Assembly: GCA_946965045.2 (NCBI GenBank)
Contig: OX337241.1
Span: 1,426,001-1,490,000 of the forward strand
Direction of reading: 5' to 3'
Source of the DNA: Epithemia pelagica
Taxonomy: Eukaryota > Protista > Bacillariophyta
DNA length: 64,000 nt
A program made the position numbers and the translations under genes. The notes beneath the pieces were generated by a model. That model ran no database searches. It had not been told where the DNA came from and saw only the letters and a list, made by a program, of their open reading frames with translations. Shown piece by piece: positions 34,288 to 46,832 of the stretch; positions within the stretch are counted from its first letter, which is position 1, and each line of letters opens with the position of its first letter.

Positions 34288-36189
34288 TTGACCTGAATAC
34301 CTGCATGACAAACAACAATAAGAAAAATTCGTAGTGAGTAACATCGTAGCCAAAAAAATTATGACAAGATCTTGTGCGAGGTGCAAGCAGTTCCGATTGT
34401 GATGCGAAGCACAGACTGGATACGCCTCATCACATGCTACGTAGAACCACGTGAAAGGTCATCGGATGGTCGGGAGGATTGTACCAGTGTAGAATGTCGT
34501 TTCAATAACAAAAAGGTGCTGAAACGACATGAAGGGCTTAATCGTTTTGGAGGGGAAGTGCCTTCTCCCCTCTGAGGGAAGTTTGGAGCTTCCTACCTAG
34601 AACATTTCATACGTCAGAGGAAACAAACGTGAGACTGCGAGCAATACGCGGATCGATTTCATGAAGGAATCTGACTTACGGAATCTCCTTCTTCTCTCCT
34701 TCTCTCTCCCCCTCCTCTCCCCCTCTCCTCTGCCTTCTCCCCCCCTATTTTCCGTCCAATGGTGCAAGTATCAGGAGGGCCTTTAAAGAATGCCAACTGG
34801 ACCTGTACATTGGAAGTGGGACTGTGCAAGAGACAACAACGGCAAAAAGATACTACTGCTATAGCGCTTCGCGTAAAAACCTTATCTTCCAACCTTTTGA
34901 CGCAGCGCCATTTCTGTCAGCCGAATGGTCGTTGTTGTTTCCCCTTGCCTTTGTTGTGTCGTCAATTCCATCAGCCAGATCGTCTGCGTTGCTGCGACGA
35001 ACACCAACTACTTTGATGAGCACTGCTGTATGAAGGTCCCCGATTGTCATCATCCCCATCTTCTTCTTCCCAACGTTGTGCCCATTCTCGTTCAACTTGC
35101 TCATCTCGTTCCCAGCGATCACCGGGCATTTGCTTCTACTCGGTGTATGTGTAGGATCCCAATTCTGAAGCACCCAATAAATAATCCTGGCTCACGTATC
35201 GTCGCCTTCCGCAGGTTGTCGTGCCTGGATCAATGTTGTCCGCACGATCTTCTCCGACGATGTGTTCTCGAGTGCGAATGACCGATTCCGCAATCATTTC
35301 CATCGCTGCCAACTCGAAATTATCGGACCGTTGGAATGGAATCGTATCTTCACCTGGCCGCGTATCGGTTCGATTGGAAACCATTTTTACGAACGCGCCT
35401 AGGTGCTGATCGTATGCGTCCGATATTGTTGTATCGAGCTTTTTAGGCGAAACTTGGACTCACCACATCGTCGCGCAAGGGAACGTTTACGCTTGATGAT
35501 TATACGAACCAATGCGCAGAAGTTGTTCGCCAGGCGAAGACTGGATTATTCATGACTCGCATCGATCATTTACTCACGAAGGACTACATGGACAAGCCCA
35601 TGCACAACGAAGCTTGGCGGACAACAAGAAATCAATGCCTCTATCACCCCGTCAGGTCCTTTCGCCCTTTCGCCTGTCATGTCCGAAACTTACCTCGTTT
35701 GGGCCCCGCTGCTACTCAAGAATTACACCTCTATGCTAATACTCCAAGATTGGCGGAGTGACAAACCACCATGTGGAACACATCAGTGCAAGTGTCAGTG
35801 TCAAGAATTCATCTGTTGTGATTGCTGTCGTCTTCTTGGTTTTTTCAGTCTATCAAGTCGTTTCTTGTTGACCCGTTTCCTTCTCAAGGTACAAAGACGA
35901 TATTCAAACACCGTCCAGGCGGATTATAAGGCCACGACCGATATCCATCGTCCTCTTCTACAAGAATAACTAATGTTGGACAACAAAACCTACGCAGTTT
36001 TCGTCAATGGAGCAACATTTGTTTTCTCCAGCGCTCTGTAACGATGCAGCTGCTTTCCAGCATGATCGCTTCGCTCTTGCCCCTTTCTGGTCGTAGTGTG
36101 ATTGACGCATCCACCGACATCGACCCTAAAGCTCTACGTTTCAGTTTCCAGCCAAGCACAGACCAAGAAAAAGACAGGCGCATGGACGA

Positions 36190-38465
36190 GAATGGTGACG
36201 AGACGAATAACGTGACTCTTTGCTAATTGATGAGTGTATGTAGAACGAGAAGGGTTCGGAGAATGCAGCTTCTTTGCTGCAAGATCGCATATCTCTTGCC
36301 CGTTTCTGTCAAGAAAATAAGAGGCTGAAAAAGATCGAAGTAGAAAACACACTTGAACATGCCGACCAGCATGATTTGGAGACGAATGTTTGCTACGATG
36401 ACGTGAATGGCGGGCAGGCAAGGTGGAACTGGTAGTCTTCCTGGTAACCGGGAGTGTCATCGTCATGCACGTTAGGCTCTTTGCAAATCATTGTAAGGAT
36501 ACGTTGGGGCGAGCAGATCGACAGGACTTCGGAGGGCAAATAATGGCGACGACCCTTACTCCATGAATGGTTTGTCTCTGTCACTGTTGGCGACCAAAAT
36601 CTCTTTTTAGCATCACCCCACGATTATCAGACATCTGTGTTCGGTTCTGTCAAACAAAACCATGGTTGTAATGCGATCCGTGCAGCAAGATTGTGGGTGT
36701 TTGATTCAGCGGCACCAGAAATTCATGATCCCTGTGGGAACGTGTTGACGGGGAATACTATGAGAAAAGCGCTGTGATTGTCGGACGATTGTTGAAATGC
36801 AATTGGTATGACGGAAATGGTGGAGGAGGCAGTTGCTTCCTGCTGAAACGAGGACTATGGAACCAGTCCAACTTTCAATATGGATGTCTGTGGAACTTCA
36901 GAACTTGGACCAAACAGTACCAAACACAATACAACAGACGCGACTGCTTATCGACCAACTCTGTCAAAATACTCCACCAATCCATTACTTTCTTCTACAT
37001 GATGGATTAGTGTTGGACATGGAAATGTATCGCAGTTTTCGTCGCATCGGAAACCCATGACCGTAGTGGGATTGTCTCGTCCACCTAAATCGCTCCGAAA
37101 GCTTTACTTTTCAGTTTCGAGTAATATGTTAACCAAGAAAAGAAGCCGAAAGCAAGGCCGAGAATTATGGTGGAGGAGACAAATAATGTGGCTCGTCGCT
37201 ACTAGATGAATTTATGTAGTACGGGAATTGTTCGAAGAATGCAGATTATTTCCAGCATGATCGCTTCTCTTTTGCCCCTTTCTGGCTGCGAAACAGCGAT
37301 CATCGGATCGGATCGGATCGCTGTTGTGGCTCCTGAAAGCCTGAAAGCCCCGCCGCCGCTACAACCCAGTCAAGAACACACCAGGCAGACACCAACATCA
37401 GAAACAAAGACTATACGAGACACGGAACAGATGCGTCGTATTGACCAAGTATGGTCACCATTGCGTTTTGAGGACGACTGTTGGGAAATGTCATTGGCCG
37501 GAGAATAGCATCAAGAAGCTACGAGATACGTGTTCATGGAGCTTCAGATCTGTCATCTTTGTTATTCTTGAGTTTCCACGGAGCTACTTCGGCTTCCGGG
37601 CTGTCCAGAGGAGGTTTTTCAATATATACACTGCGAAACTCAGCAAATACGGAATCTTCAATTTCAAGCCTTTCAAGACAACAAAAGACCGGTATCCGGG
37701 TGCGTTATCTCCATTCGCATTGGGCTTTTGCCTAATCACTCTCAGGACACCTTCGTCGACGTTTGGAGGGCAAGTAAATGCCTAGGAATTGAGACCAACC
37801 TCAATCCAAGAATGGCCTGTCACTGTCATTGTTGGTATCCATACTGGCATATCTCTAGGAGCTTTGTCAAGACACATTCTGTAAAACTCCTCCACCACCA
37901 ATGCCTTGAAACAATAACACGGCAGACGATAAGGCAGAGATCGATATCCATGACTATCTTCTACAAGATGAATGAATATTGGGCAAGGAAAGCTAACGTG
38001 ATGAAACCACAACCCGTGACCGTAGTCGTAGTTCCATTGACGCATCCACCAAAATCGCCCCCAAAGCTCCACTTTTCAGTTTCAAGCCAAGCTCAGGCCA
38101 AGAGGACTGGATCGTGGGCGAAAACGGCGGAGGAGACGAATAACGTGACTCTTTGCTACTAGACGAGTGTATGTAGAACAAGAAGGGTTCGGAGAATGGA
38201 GCTTCTTCGCTGCAAGATGGCATCTCTCTTGCCCGTTTCTGGCGGAGAAATAGCGACCATCGGATCCCAAATGCGGCTCTCGAAAGCATGCCCTGGTGCC
38301 GTCACATCCCAGTCAAGAACAGAGGAGGCAAACAACAAGATCGATCTAGAAACACACTTGAACATGTCGACCAGAATGATTTGGAGGTAAGGTAAACTGG
38401 TAGTCTTCCTCGTAGCCGCGCGTGTCATCTTCATACACGTTGGGGTCTTTGCAAATCATTCAAAG
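36190..38465 (-). pseudogene. Decayed paralogous coding segments (36190-36495, 38130-38462, weaker copy about 37180-37290)
   Basis: Shared blocks such as gacgaataacgtgactctttgcta and cacacttgaacatg. Minus-strand remnants read ICKEPNVHDDDTPGYQEDYQF and ICKDPNVYEDDTRGYEEDYQF. Confidence 0.5.
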
Positions 38466-40306
38466 GACACCTTCGCGGACGAAACGAAACGACTGCGGAG
38501 GACAAGAAATGACTGTAATTGTTAGCGTCTAAAATCTCTCTACTCTCATACTTCCTCGGACATTTTCTTCATCTCTTGAAACAAACCGTCGACTTTCCCA
38601 CGGCTCTTTTCACGGTAGATTGGCCCACAAGGCAACTTTATCGTCCGTTGACCGCCAAAGATCCCCGCCCAAACAGCGCGATACGGGACGTCGTTGGGTT
38701 GCAAGTTTCATTTCCAAATAAAGTTACCATATTCTCTACTCCTGTTCGATGCAGTAGACTTCTTAAGAGAAGATTGCTGCTGTATAGCTAGCTATACACA
38801 TCTGGTTGACAATCCGTCCGTCCATTGGACAAATAGAAAGTCATCTCTTGCAAAAATTTTTCAATACTTGCGGATGCCTCTGGAAGATAGGATAGTAACC
38901 ATGCTTGCATAAGAGCATTAACCACATATGTTCCTGGTACCCGTGAATCAACAAATAAGCCTTCCTCGGATGTAGATGCAAGCTCCAGGAGTGCCATGAC
39001 AGTCATTTGCGGATTTCCTGTGGCCGACTAGGCTTGTAAGCGAGTGATAAACGCGTCGTATCTACGTTTCATTTAGACCTGTCGACGCGGTTCGGCCGCA
39101 TTCTCATGGACCAGAGTTTCATTGCCATGTTGTTATACAAATTGCTCGATGAAACGCGTCGATCTCTCATTTGATCAAAAATACAGGCTGAAGGATTCTC
39201 AACAATCATATCTTTCAGGTTGGTTGGTATGTCGGTAGACAATTGGGCAAGGAAAAATTATACGTGTGCTAGTCTGGTTGCACGAACGAACTCTCTTCTC
39301 TTGACTGACGTAGCATTTCGTATGAGGCGCAATCTTCCACTGCTAACTGCTCTACACGTTCAAAGATAGCTGTGGCTTTCATGGTCGCCTTGTTCGATTT
39401 CGAACTGGACCAGGCCACAATGACACATTAAACTGTACTGTTGTGCCATGAGCACATTGCACTGCAGCTCTTACAAAATTTTTTCCCAATTGTTGAATAA
39501 TCTCGGCGACGGGCGGCATCTGGTTCCCCTGAAAGAAGTCAGGACACCGGTCAAATTTTTCTGGTATAGCAGCAGTTCACTTCCACTTCCATCTACCACT
39601 ATTGCTTCTATGGCTGCGACCATATGAAGAAAAATGGCTTCGGCATCCGAGTGTCATCTCCGGCTCTGGCCCAGACCCAGATAAAGGCATGGAAGCTGAC
39701 GGCATTCGATGAACATTTGGATCTGCCGTACTCTCTGCAAAATCTTTCATAATGGTAAGGAGGCCTTCGGCTTCCTCCACCCGTTCCGCACGACTATAAG
39801 CTGACAGAACGGTCGAGAAGGTATGTCACGTGGGTTTTCCGTACGCCGGTTGATGGGGCCTCAACATGTCATCGAGAATGCGCCTCGCGGCATTCAGTGC
39901 ATGCAGATGATGACACTTGTCAAGACAGACTCGAGTCAGGGCCTTAGAATCGAGCTCGGATGCACCACAGTTGTCAATCATTTCCTCGAAGAACTCTTGA
40001 ATCCGATCAGGCCATCCGATACTGCGTGGATCAGCTGTGTGTCTCCATCATGGCACAATAAACAAAGGAGGTGGGTGTGGCCAATACTCGTGCGTCCGTT
40101 TCTCGTCATACCACAGTTGCAACTGATGGAGATAGTCTTCCACTCGATATGTAGCTTCGGGGAGCTTGCTTTTGGACCAAGTATAAACCAAATGTTGAAG
40201 CGTTTGTGTGGTAGGACGCAAGATGCAACTCCGACAACAAAGGACCAGTTTCAGTGGGATTCTTCCCCCTTGCTGCTGGAGCAAGATCCGTTTTCTCCAG
40301 CACTGT

Positions 40307-40720
40307 TTAACGATGAAACCACAACCCGTGACTCCACAAATCATGCTCCGCGTCTATTTTTCCGCCAGGCATGACATTAGGGTACGAAGGGACATCTGGA
40401 TTGAATGGCAGCAGACTTTAGTGGGCATAAGACACCCTTCCAGCATCATCAAAGTCGATCAGCATAACTTGTACATCTTGCTGATGTTCGCCTTCTTGTC
40501 TTCTGATTTGCCAACCCTATAAAGAACATTCACTGCGCGAGCATCTCCATGTACATAGCCAGCTTCGTGAAGCAGGCGCAACATCTTTTTGACCTTGGCC
40601 ACAACTTTGTCTCTAAGTGATGACCCCGCTGCACCAACAGCAATTTTCCATTCGTCACCAGTCGCCTCCATGGTCGACAACGAGATGACGCGCCTTTCTT
40701 AGACTTCCACGTGGAATGCA
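40307..40720 (-). pseudogene. Decayed kinase-like (APH/Crinkler-type) gene
   Basis: LLHEAGYVHGDARAVNVL, then after a frameshift VMLIDFDDAG...*...VMPGGKIDAEHD. Confidence 0.65.
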
Positions 40721-40721
40721 T

Positions 40722-40988
40722 TCAAGGATCGTTCGTCTGAGAAGGGGTATCCCCAATCCCCAACAAGGGTGAGGCCAATCCTTTAGCTCGCAAAACCAAA
40801 TCGAGATTGCGTGCACGTCAGCATTTTGCGTCACGTTTACGTCATATATCCGGGTCAAGGATCGTTCGTCTGAGAAGGGGTATCCCCAATCCCCAACAAG
40901 GGTGAGGCCAATCCTTTAGCTCGCAAAACCAAATCGAGATTGCGTGCACGTCAGCATTTTGCGTCACGTTTACGTCATATATCCGGGT
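40722..40988. repeat. Apparently perfect 133-bp tandem duplication
   Basis: tcaaggatcgttcgtctgagaagg...atatatccggg occurs at 40722 and again at 40855. Confidence 0.93.
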
Positions 40989-41967
40989 AAAACAGCATTT
41001 CTGGATCCAGGACCCCGGATTGGTTCGAACAAATCCGGGAAATTCATTAGGGATAGTGCTTTACTTATGCTAGTGTACAGGCCAGCCTACAGTTTCGAAC
41101 ATGTTGGGCGGGCGTTCGACATGATGGGCGGGCGTTCGACTCTAACGGTATTCTTGCATAAAAGGTCGCTTCCTTTGTACCCAATAGTTTTAGTATTCAA
41201 TTTTTCTAAGTGAAGAGTTGGGGAGGATGGGGGTCAGGATGGGGGACAGGTGCGGTCTTTTGGATTTGTTTTGCGAATGCGTAAGGACGGCGTTTAGGCA
41301 CATTTTCCAAAACCAAATCCGGCCCGGCCCGCACGGATTGGTTTTGTTGAGCTAAAGGAATGTCCTGAGTCATGGAGTCAGATTTGGCTGCCTGTGACTA
41401 TTGTGTACCTATTCTCCGCTGAGGGCAGACGGACAAACAATGTCCATAGCTTCGACTTCCAGTCTCTCTACTAGTAGAGAGGCTGGAGGATACGAATGCT
41501 ACCATTACATCTGTTGTCGAAAACCAGAGATGTGGGCTGATCCTTGAGGGTTGATGACGTTCATCATCGCCACCTATCTGGGCGTGCAAATAGGCCTTGT
41601 ATCACCTCGCAACTCCCATTAGAGCAAGGCCTATGCACCTCGATAAATTCGCTATGTACCTCGGCTATGCTGGGCGGATAGCAACTACTAAGGGCAATTG
41701 AGTTACAATAGAATTGAAAAGTAGTGTTTCGAAAATTGCCCACGGATATAGTCTCAGGGGCCTCAGAAATACATAGCAGATACATGATTGGGTTAGAAAT
41801 TTCACAAGACATAGACCAGACAGCAAAATACTTAACGAAAAATCAGACCAGACATGTCTTCTCTTACCTGTAGACATCGCGCGCCACGCGCAAAAAGCCA
41901 CGGAATCCTGCCGACTTCCCCACGAAAAAGATGAAAACGACGAGGAGTTCCGCTCCAACACGATTCC

Positions 41968-44900
41968 ATGCCAATGAGACCGGTCGCGGTTTCCATGGCC
42001 CAGGACATGGACAATGGTGTCCATGTTTCTGGAAGGACAATGGACAGAGAGACGATGACTGGCACGGAGGATGACTCTCCACCACCTTTAGCACCAAGGG
42101 TGGTGCTGCACAACCCATACAAAAGGAAACCCAGTGACCAGGAGGGCATGGGTTGCCAAAGCCAACGACGAAACAACCAAACAAAACAGGCAAAATCGTT
42201 AGCACAACACCAAACAAAGTCAACAAAGAAGAAGAAGGAAGCAAGAAGACTGAACCAACTCACCCTGGAGAAGATGAAGGCATTTGAGGAAGACAGGGAC
42301 TGCAGAATCTGTTCTGCCAAGCGTCTGGGCATCAAACCCCCCAAACGATCTCACCACGAGTTTTGCACCAAGAACACAAAGACCAAGGGCATCCCTGATC
42401 ATCTGGTGGAAGCATTGAGAGAGGAAGAAAGGCTGAAGAAGGAGGCAACAAGGGAGGTGACCTTCAAGCCCATCATCATGACCCAAGAGGACTTTAACCT
42501 CTTCTTCCAACTCAACAATAAAGCAGTTTGTGATGCTTCAAACGAAGCCACAACCATAACGGCGGCGGATATTGAGATTTCAAGTAAACGGGGAGGAAGG
42601 AAGAACTGTGTTGCGCGCACAGACGCTCTCATCAATAACAAAGTTTTGTCTTCGGTTGGGTCAGCGGAGTATGTTTTTATGAAATCGGTACTCAACAAAT
42701 ATAAAGAAATCACGCCAGACAGTTCGATTACATGTCCGAAGATGATTTTTGCGCTGGCCAAGACGATCGCTGAAACTTGTTTAGAGAAGAAGCGTGACCT
42801 GTCGTCACTTAAGGCATACATGCGCAACATGGAGTTCTGTGTGCCCGACGTGCGTGACAACAACAATGCCCTGTGGGACTCAATAGTAGGGTGCAAATTA
42901 TACATTGTGGATTGGGGGCTATTTCTACCGGAAGAATTCAAAAATATTGGGCTCAAGTGCCCAAAGTGTAAGACTTGTACACTAAAAAGAGACCGCACGA
43001 ACCTGTCCAGGAGCAAGAGTTTGTTCCCGATTTTTAATCTTGGTGGTGCTCCACACTACGCCCTGGTCACCAACTACTACTGCCCGGAGTGCAAGGTGAC
43101 GCATGCCGGCAACGACGGCGCACTTCTGAACATGATGCCCTCACATTTTCAGAAATGGTACCCAGTCAAGGCAAAGTGGGCTCGAGGTGCACAGCACTTG
43201 GATGTCATCTCTACAACCATGATTGAGGAGTTGATGATCACCCATGGGAATGGGGATCTCGTCAGTGACCTCATATATGCTGCAATCAATCGTGATTATA
43301 GAGACAGGGTGACTAACTATATGTCCTTTTGTGACTCTACACAGCAGAGGGCCCACGACTATCCAGAGAAAGATGGAGAATGGTTGACCAGGTTCCCTCC
43401 ATTGGGCGAAACCATCCGAAAAGCCTATCTAGAGGCCAGCCAGAGCACCTGGAATCCGTGGAGATTGAGCGACAAAGACAGGCACACGCGCGAAATACAA
43501 GCAGTCAAATGCTCGACAAGCTTTGCTCAAGATCATACTTTCCAAGTTGTAAAAAATTATCCCAAAAGGATAGAAGCCGAGGCCCTGTTTGATTGTTGTA
43601 ATGAACATGGGGAAGTGCTCTTGGCTATTCTTGTCAAAACTACAGAAACCAAGCATTTCTCACATGCCGCAACCCAACTGGCCAAGCGACCAGGATTCCG
43701 ACCATCTATCATGTATTCGGACACCTTCCCGCACAAAAAAGGCTATTGGGAAGAATTGTTGGGTAAAGGCAAAGAAGGGAATAATGTCCAAGGTAGACTG
43801 GGCCTGTTCCATTTCATTCGCCGAATCACTAAGACCATGCGTCCGAGTCACATAGACTATGGTGATGCAATGCGTGACCTCCTCGACTGTCTATACGAGT
43901 ATGACGACGGCGACTTTGGCAGACTCGTGACAGCCCTAAAGAATGGAGAAATGTGGGCAACAGGTGAGAAGTACAGTGACAAAGGCATTGCAGAGATGCG
44001 CCAAACAAAAACCTTTCGACAAAGGTATGGAAAGTACTTACGGAAGAAGATTCGGGGGAAACAGGCCATCACAACAAAACTAGAAGAATGGAAAAACAAG
44101 TACAAGGTGAGAGCTTCCGAGGGTTCGAGTCCAGTACGAGGGAGGCTTGATCTGCGTACAAAGCAATCTCTGTTCACTGCTGAAACGCACCAGGCAATCG
44201 AAAACTGCAAAAACAAAGCGGAGTTCTTGTCGGATCCACTGCCAACGAAGAAAATGTATCGTGAGATCAAGGCCCATCCCAATTCAAAGCACGGGTTGAG
44301 TGAGTTTGCGTCTTACCGTGGTGAAAGTAAGCTCGAATCATGGCACGACAACCTTGCCCATTTTGGGAATGGAGGTATGAACGAGGCACTCAGCGATGTG
44401 CTGAATCTCTGTGGAACAGCACGATACAACAAGAAAATACGACAAAACGTCCGTTTAGCCAATCTCAATTCGCAACAACGCAACAAGAAAATGCCTGCAG
44501 CATGGGAAGGAGTTGTGAGTCACTGGAATCACTGCGAGTTGGCATTCATCAACAAGCTTGCCGTTCGCTGCGGGGCAAAGAAACCGTTCGACTACGTGGA
44601 GGACTTACCGGACGACAACGGTGAACGCTTCTTCTCGGAATATCTCTCAATCCAAACAGAGATCCAGCAACAATGGCCGCTCCAATTCTTCCACAATGAC
44701 CACTGTCCCTGCAATGGCTGTTCCAGTTATCTCCATAATAAAACACAACTTGCAATCGAAGAGATGGGAGACGATCATGAAGACAACAACGATGACAACA
44801 ACAATGGACAGCACGACAAGGAAGATGAATCAGATGAAGGGCAAGACATGAATGAAGGAAAAGAAAAAGAAAAAGAAAAGGAGAGTGACAGCGAAGATAT

Positions 44901-45270
44901 CAATATGGCAGAGGAGGAGGGTGAGACAAACAGTATGCAAGCTGAATCATCTCCAGTGGCCGCCCATTTCCAGCCTGCAAAGAATCCAAATGCAACAACA
45001 ACAACAACAAACATTACCATGCCTCCAACACAACAACAAATGATCCAGCACCAAGCGGTGCCATCCATGCAACACAACCAGACCAAGGTCTATCACTACC
45101 AGCAGCAATTGCTGCAGCAGGCAGCTTTCTTGTCCACGATCCTCTGCCAGCAAACAACGGCCGTGCCCAATCCGGCCCATCAACAAATACTGCTGCCAAA
45201 TCAACCACCACCACAATTCCCCCCGCAACTTCCAACCAACAACTGTTGCATCCGCAACATTCAGTACTGA
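41968..45270 (+). CDS. DDE-like transposase copy B (1100 aa, probably DUF6729-related), open except for a probable premature stop near the C-terminus
   Basis: CRIC...HHEFC; CPKC...CPEC; QDHTF (candidate D), MYSDTFP (candidate D), LGLFHFIRRI (H), RGESKLESWH (candidate E); acidic and Q-rich tail. Confidence 0.8.
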   Translation: MPMRPVAVSMAQDMDNGVHVSGRTMDRETMTGTEDDSPPPLAPRVVLHNPYKRKPSDQEGMGCQSQRRNNQTKQAKSLAQHQTKSTKKKKEARRLNQLTLEKMKAFEEDRDCRICSAKRLGIKPPKRSHHEFCTKNTKTKGIPDHLVEALREEERLKKEATREVTFKPIIMTQEDFNLFFQLNNKAVCDASNEATTITAADIEISSKRGGRKNCVARTDALINNKVLSSVGSAEYVFMKSVLNKYKEITPDSSITCPKMIFALAKTIAETCLEKKRDLSSLKAYMRNMEFCVPDVRDNNNALWDSIVGCKLYIVDWGLFLPEEFKNIGLKCPKCKTCTLKRDRTNLSRSKSLFPIFNLGGAPHYALVTNYYCPECKVTHAGNDGALLNMMPSHFQKWYPVKAKWARGAQHLDVISTTMIEELMITHGNGDLVSDLIYAAINRDYRDRVTNYMSFCDSTQQRAHDYPEKDGEWLTRFPPLGETIRKAYLEASQSTWNPWRLSDKDRHTREIQAVKCSTSFAQDHTFQVVKNYPKRIEAEALFDCCNEHGEVLLAILVKTTETKHFSHAATQLAKRPGFRPSIMYSDTFPHKKGYWEELLGKGKEGNNVQGRLGLFHFIRRITKTMRPSHIDYGDAMRDLLDCLYEYDDGDFGRLVTALKNGEMWATGEKYSDKGIAEMRQTKTFRQRYGKYLRKKIRGKQAITTKLEEWKNKYKVRASEGSSPVRGRLDLRTKQSLFTAETHQAIENCKNKAEFLSDPLPTKKMYREIKAHPNSKHGLSEFASYRGESKLESWHDNLAHFGNGGMNEALSDVLNLCGTARYNKKIRQNVRLANLNSQQRNKKMPAAWEGVVSHWNHCELAFINKLAVRCGAKKPFDYVEDLPDDNGERFFSEYLSIQTEIQQQWPLQFFHNDHCPCNGCSSYLHNKTQLAIEEMGDDHEDNNDDNNNGQHDKEDESDEGQDMNEGKEKEKEKESDSEDINMAEEEGETNSMQAESSPVAAHFQPAKNPNATTTTTNITMPPTQQQMIQHQAVPSMQHNQTKVYHYQQQLLQQAAFLSTILCQQTTAVPNPAHQQILLPNQPPPQFPPQLPTNNCCIRNIQY

Positions 45271-46010
45271 AATCGCCTTAATCGAAGGGGCATCCCACCG
45301 CATGACAAATCATGCCGAAACCATGCGAGCAATTGTCTGTATTGAGAAAAAATAAAAATAGTTAGTGAAATGAAAAAAGCAACATGATTCGGGCACCAGC
45401 AGTGCTTGAGCACTTACCATGGTGCTGTTACCGGAAACAGAAGAACGAAAGAAAACAGTATTGGCAAGAACACAACAACAGTAGTGAGAAAGCCATCGTT
45501 GATAAAATAATGAGAAGATCTGCAAATTTGCGTGCCGTGGAGTAGCTAGCCATTTGCAAATCTTCGCGCAGTATACGGCGTTTTAAGTATGGCTAAAAGA
45601 CACACACCGGCAATACGAACAAATGTCACAAGGCATATGTGAGGCTGACGTTGTTTTACATAGGCAAAAGACAGCTGCTCTCAGCACTTACCGTAAAAAC
45701 ACTCGTACGTTGACCGTGGGGACCTGCCAAATCCCCTCCTCTCTACTTCGTGGTCCACCACGTACTCACCACACATTGCACTTGCACACAGGGAAAGAAA
45801 CAGTGACAAAGACAACAGCCTATTAGATCACATTCTGATAGCGGCAATCGCACGTTCTCGACGAAGGGAATCTTACCATAATTTCTTCCTTCTTTTTCTT
45901 TTTTCCTTTTCTTCTTCTTTTTTTCTCCTCCTTTTTTCCCCTCCTCTTCTGTAAGATCCCCCTATATTTTCCTCTCAGGGTTTGCAGTTTGTAGGACTTC
46001 CGTTTTGCTA

Positions 46011-46754
46011 CCCCCTAGCGGGGGTGGTTTTGAGGTTGTAGTTTCTGTGAACCACCCCCATACCTTTTCCCTGGTTCCAGTCGGCCGGCGTATCTCATTC
46101 CTTCCACCGCGATAACAACACGACAATCAAACTTTGTCGTTGCTGGTGACCTCCTAGGGCCACCCCATCATGATCCGACCATCACATGCTTCATATCGGT
46201 ACCATGGCAGTGCATTGTGAGGGGCACAGTGCATGCGGGCCATTCTAGGAAATGACCAATACAGTGACGCTGTAATACGGCACAATAGGAGACCATGATG
46301 GCGTGAACATACATTAGAGTTGCTGTTTTGCTATCAATACACTGTGTAACTACTACTGTGATGTGTATTGTGTACCAATAGGTGTCCAAACAATGCAAGA
46401 TAAGAGCCATACAGTCCATTTGAGTTGCTTCGTTCGAAATGGCAAGACGTCGCTTCCGTACCTGTGCCACGAGGCATGGCGCCTATGAGTCTGATGCATA
46501 ATAGCCTTAACCTTTAAATTTTGGTGATGCAGATGCATTCTGCACTATTGGTTTGAGGTCTATGACTAGGAAGACAGGTTTCACGAGTCCAAATAGGTGC
46601 ACAACAACCTGTGCAACACCATGGCCCGTGTTGTTATCGTGGTGGAGGAAATGAGATATTGTATACCGGCCGACTGGAAACAGGTTATTTTTGGCAAATA
46701 GGTATGGGGGTGGCTCAGAGAAATTACACCCTATAAGCCACCCCCGCTAGGGGG
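46011..46754. mobile_element. MITE-like element 1 (744 bp), long imperfect TIRs, flanked by TA
   Basis: TA|CCCCCTAGCG...CGCTAGGGGG|TA. Inverted similarity extends more than 100 bp inward. No coding capacity. Confidence 0.85.
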
Positions 46755-46832
46755 TATCCGTTTTGCGCTTTCGGGAATCCAAAAGGGGGCAGACCGCTTG
46801 AGAGTAATGGATGCAAGAAGAAAAACTTATTA

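Noticed and set aside
41220-45975. Terminal inverted repeats for DDE-like copy B (G-rich left versus C-rich right)
   Set aside because: Only a compositional resemblance; no base-for-base inverted match or TSD was found.
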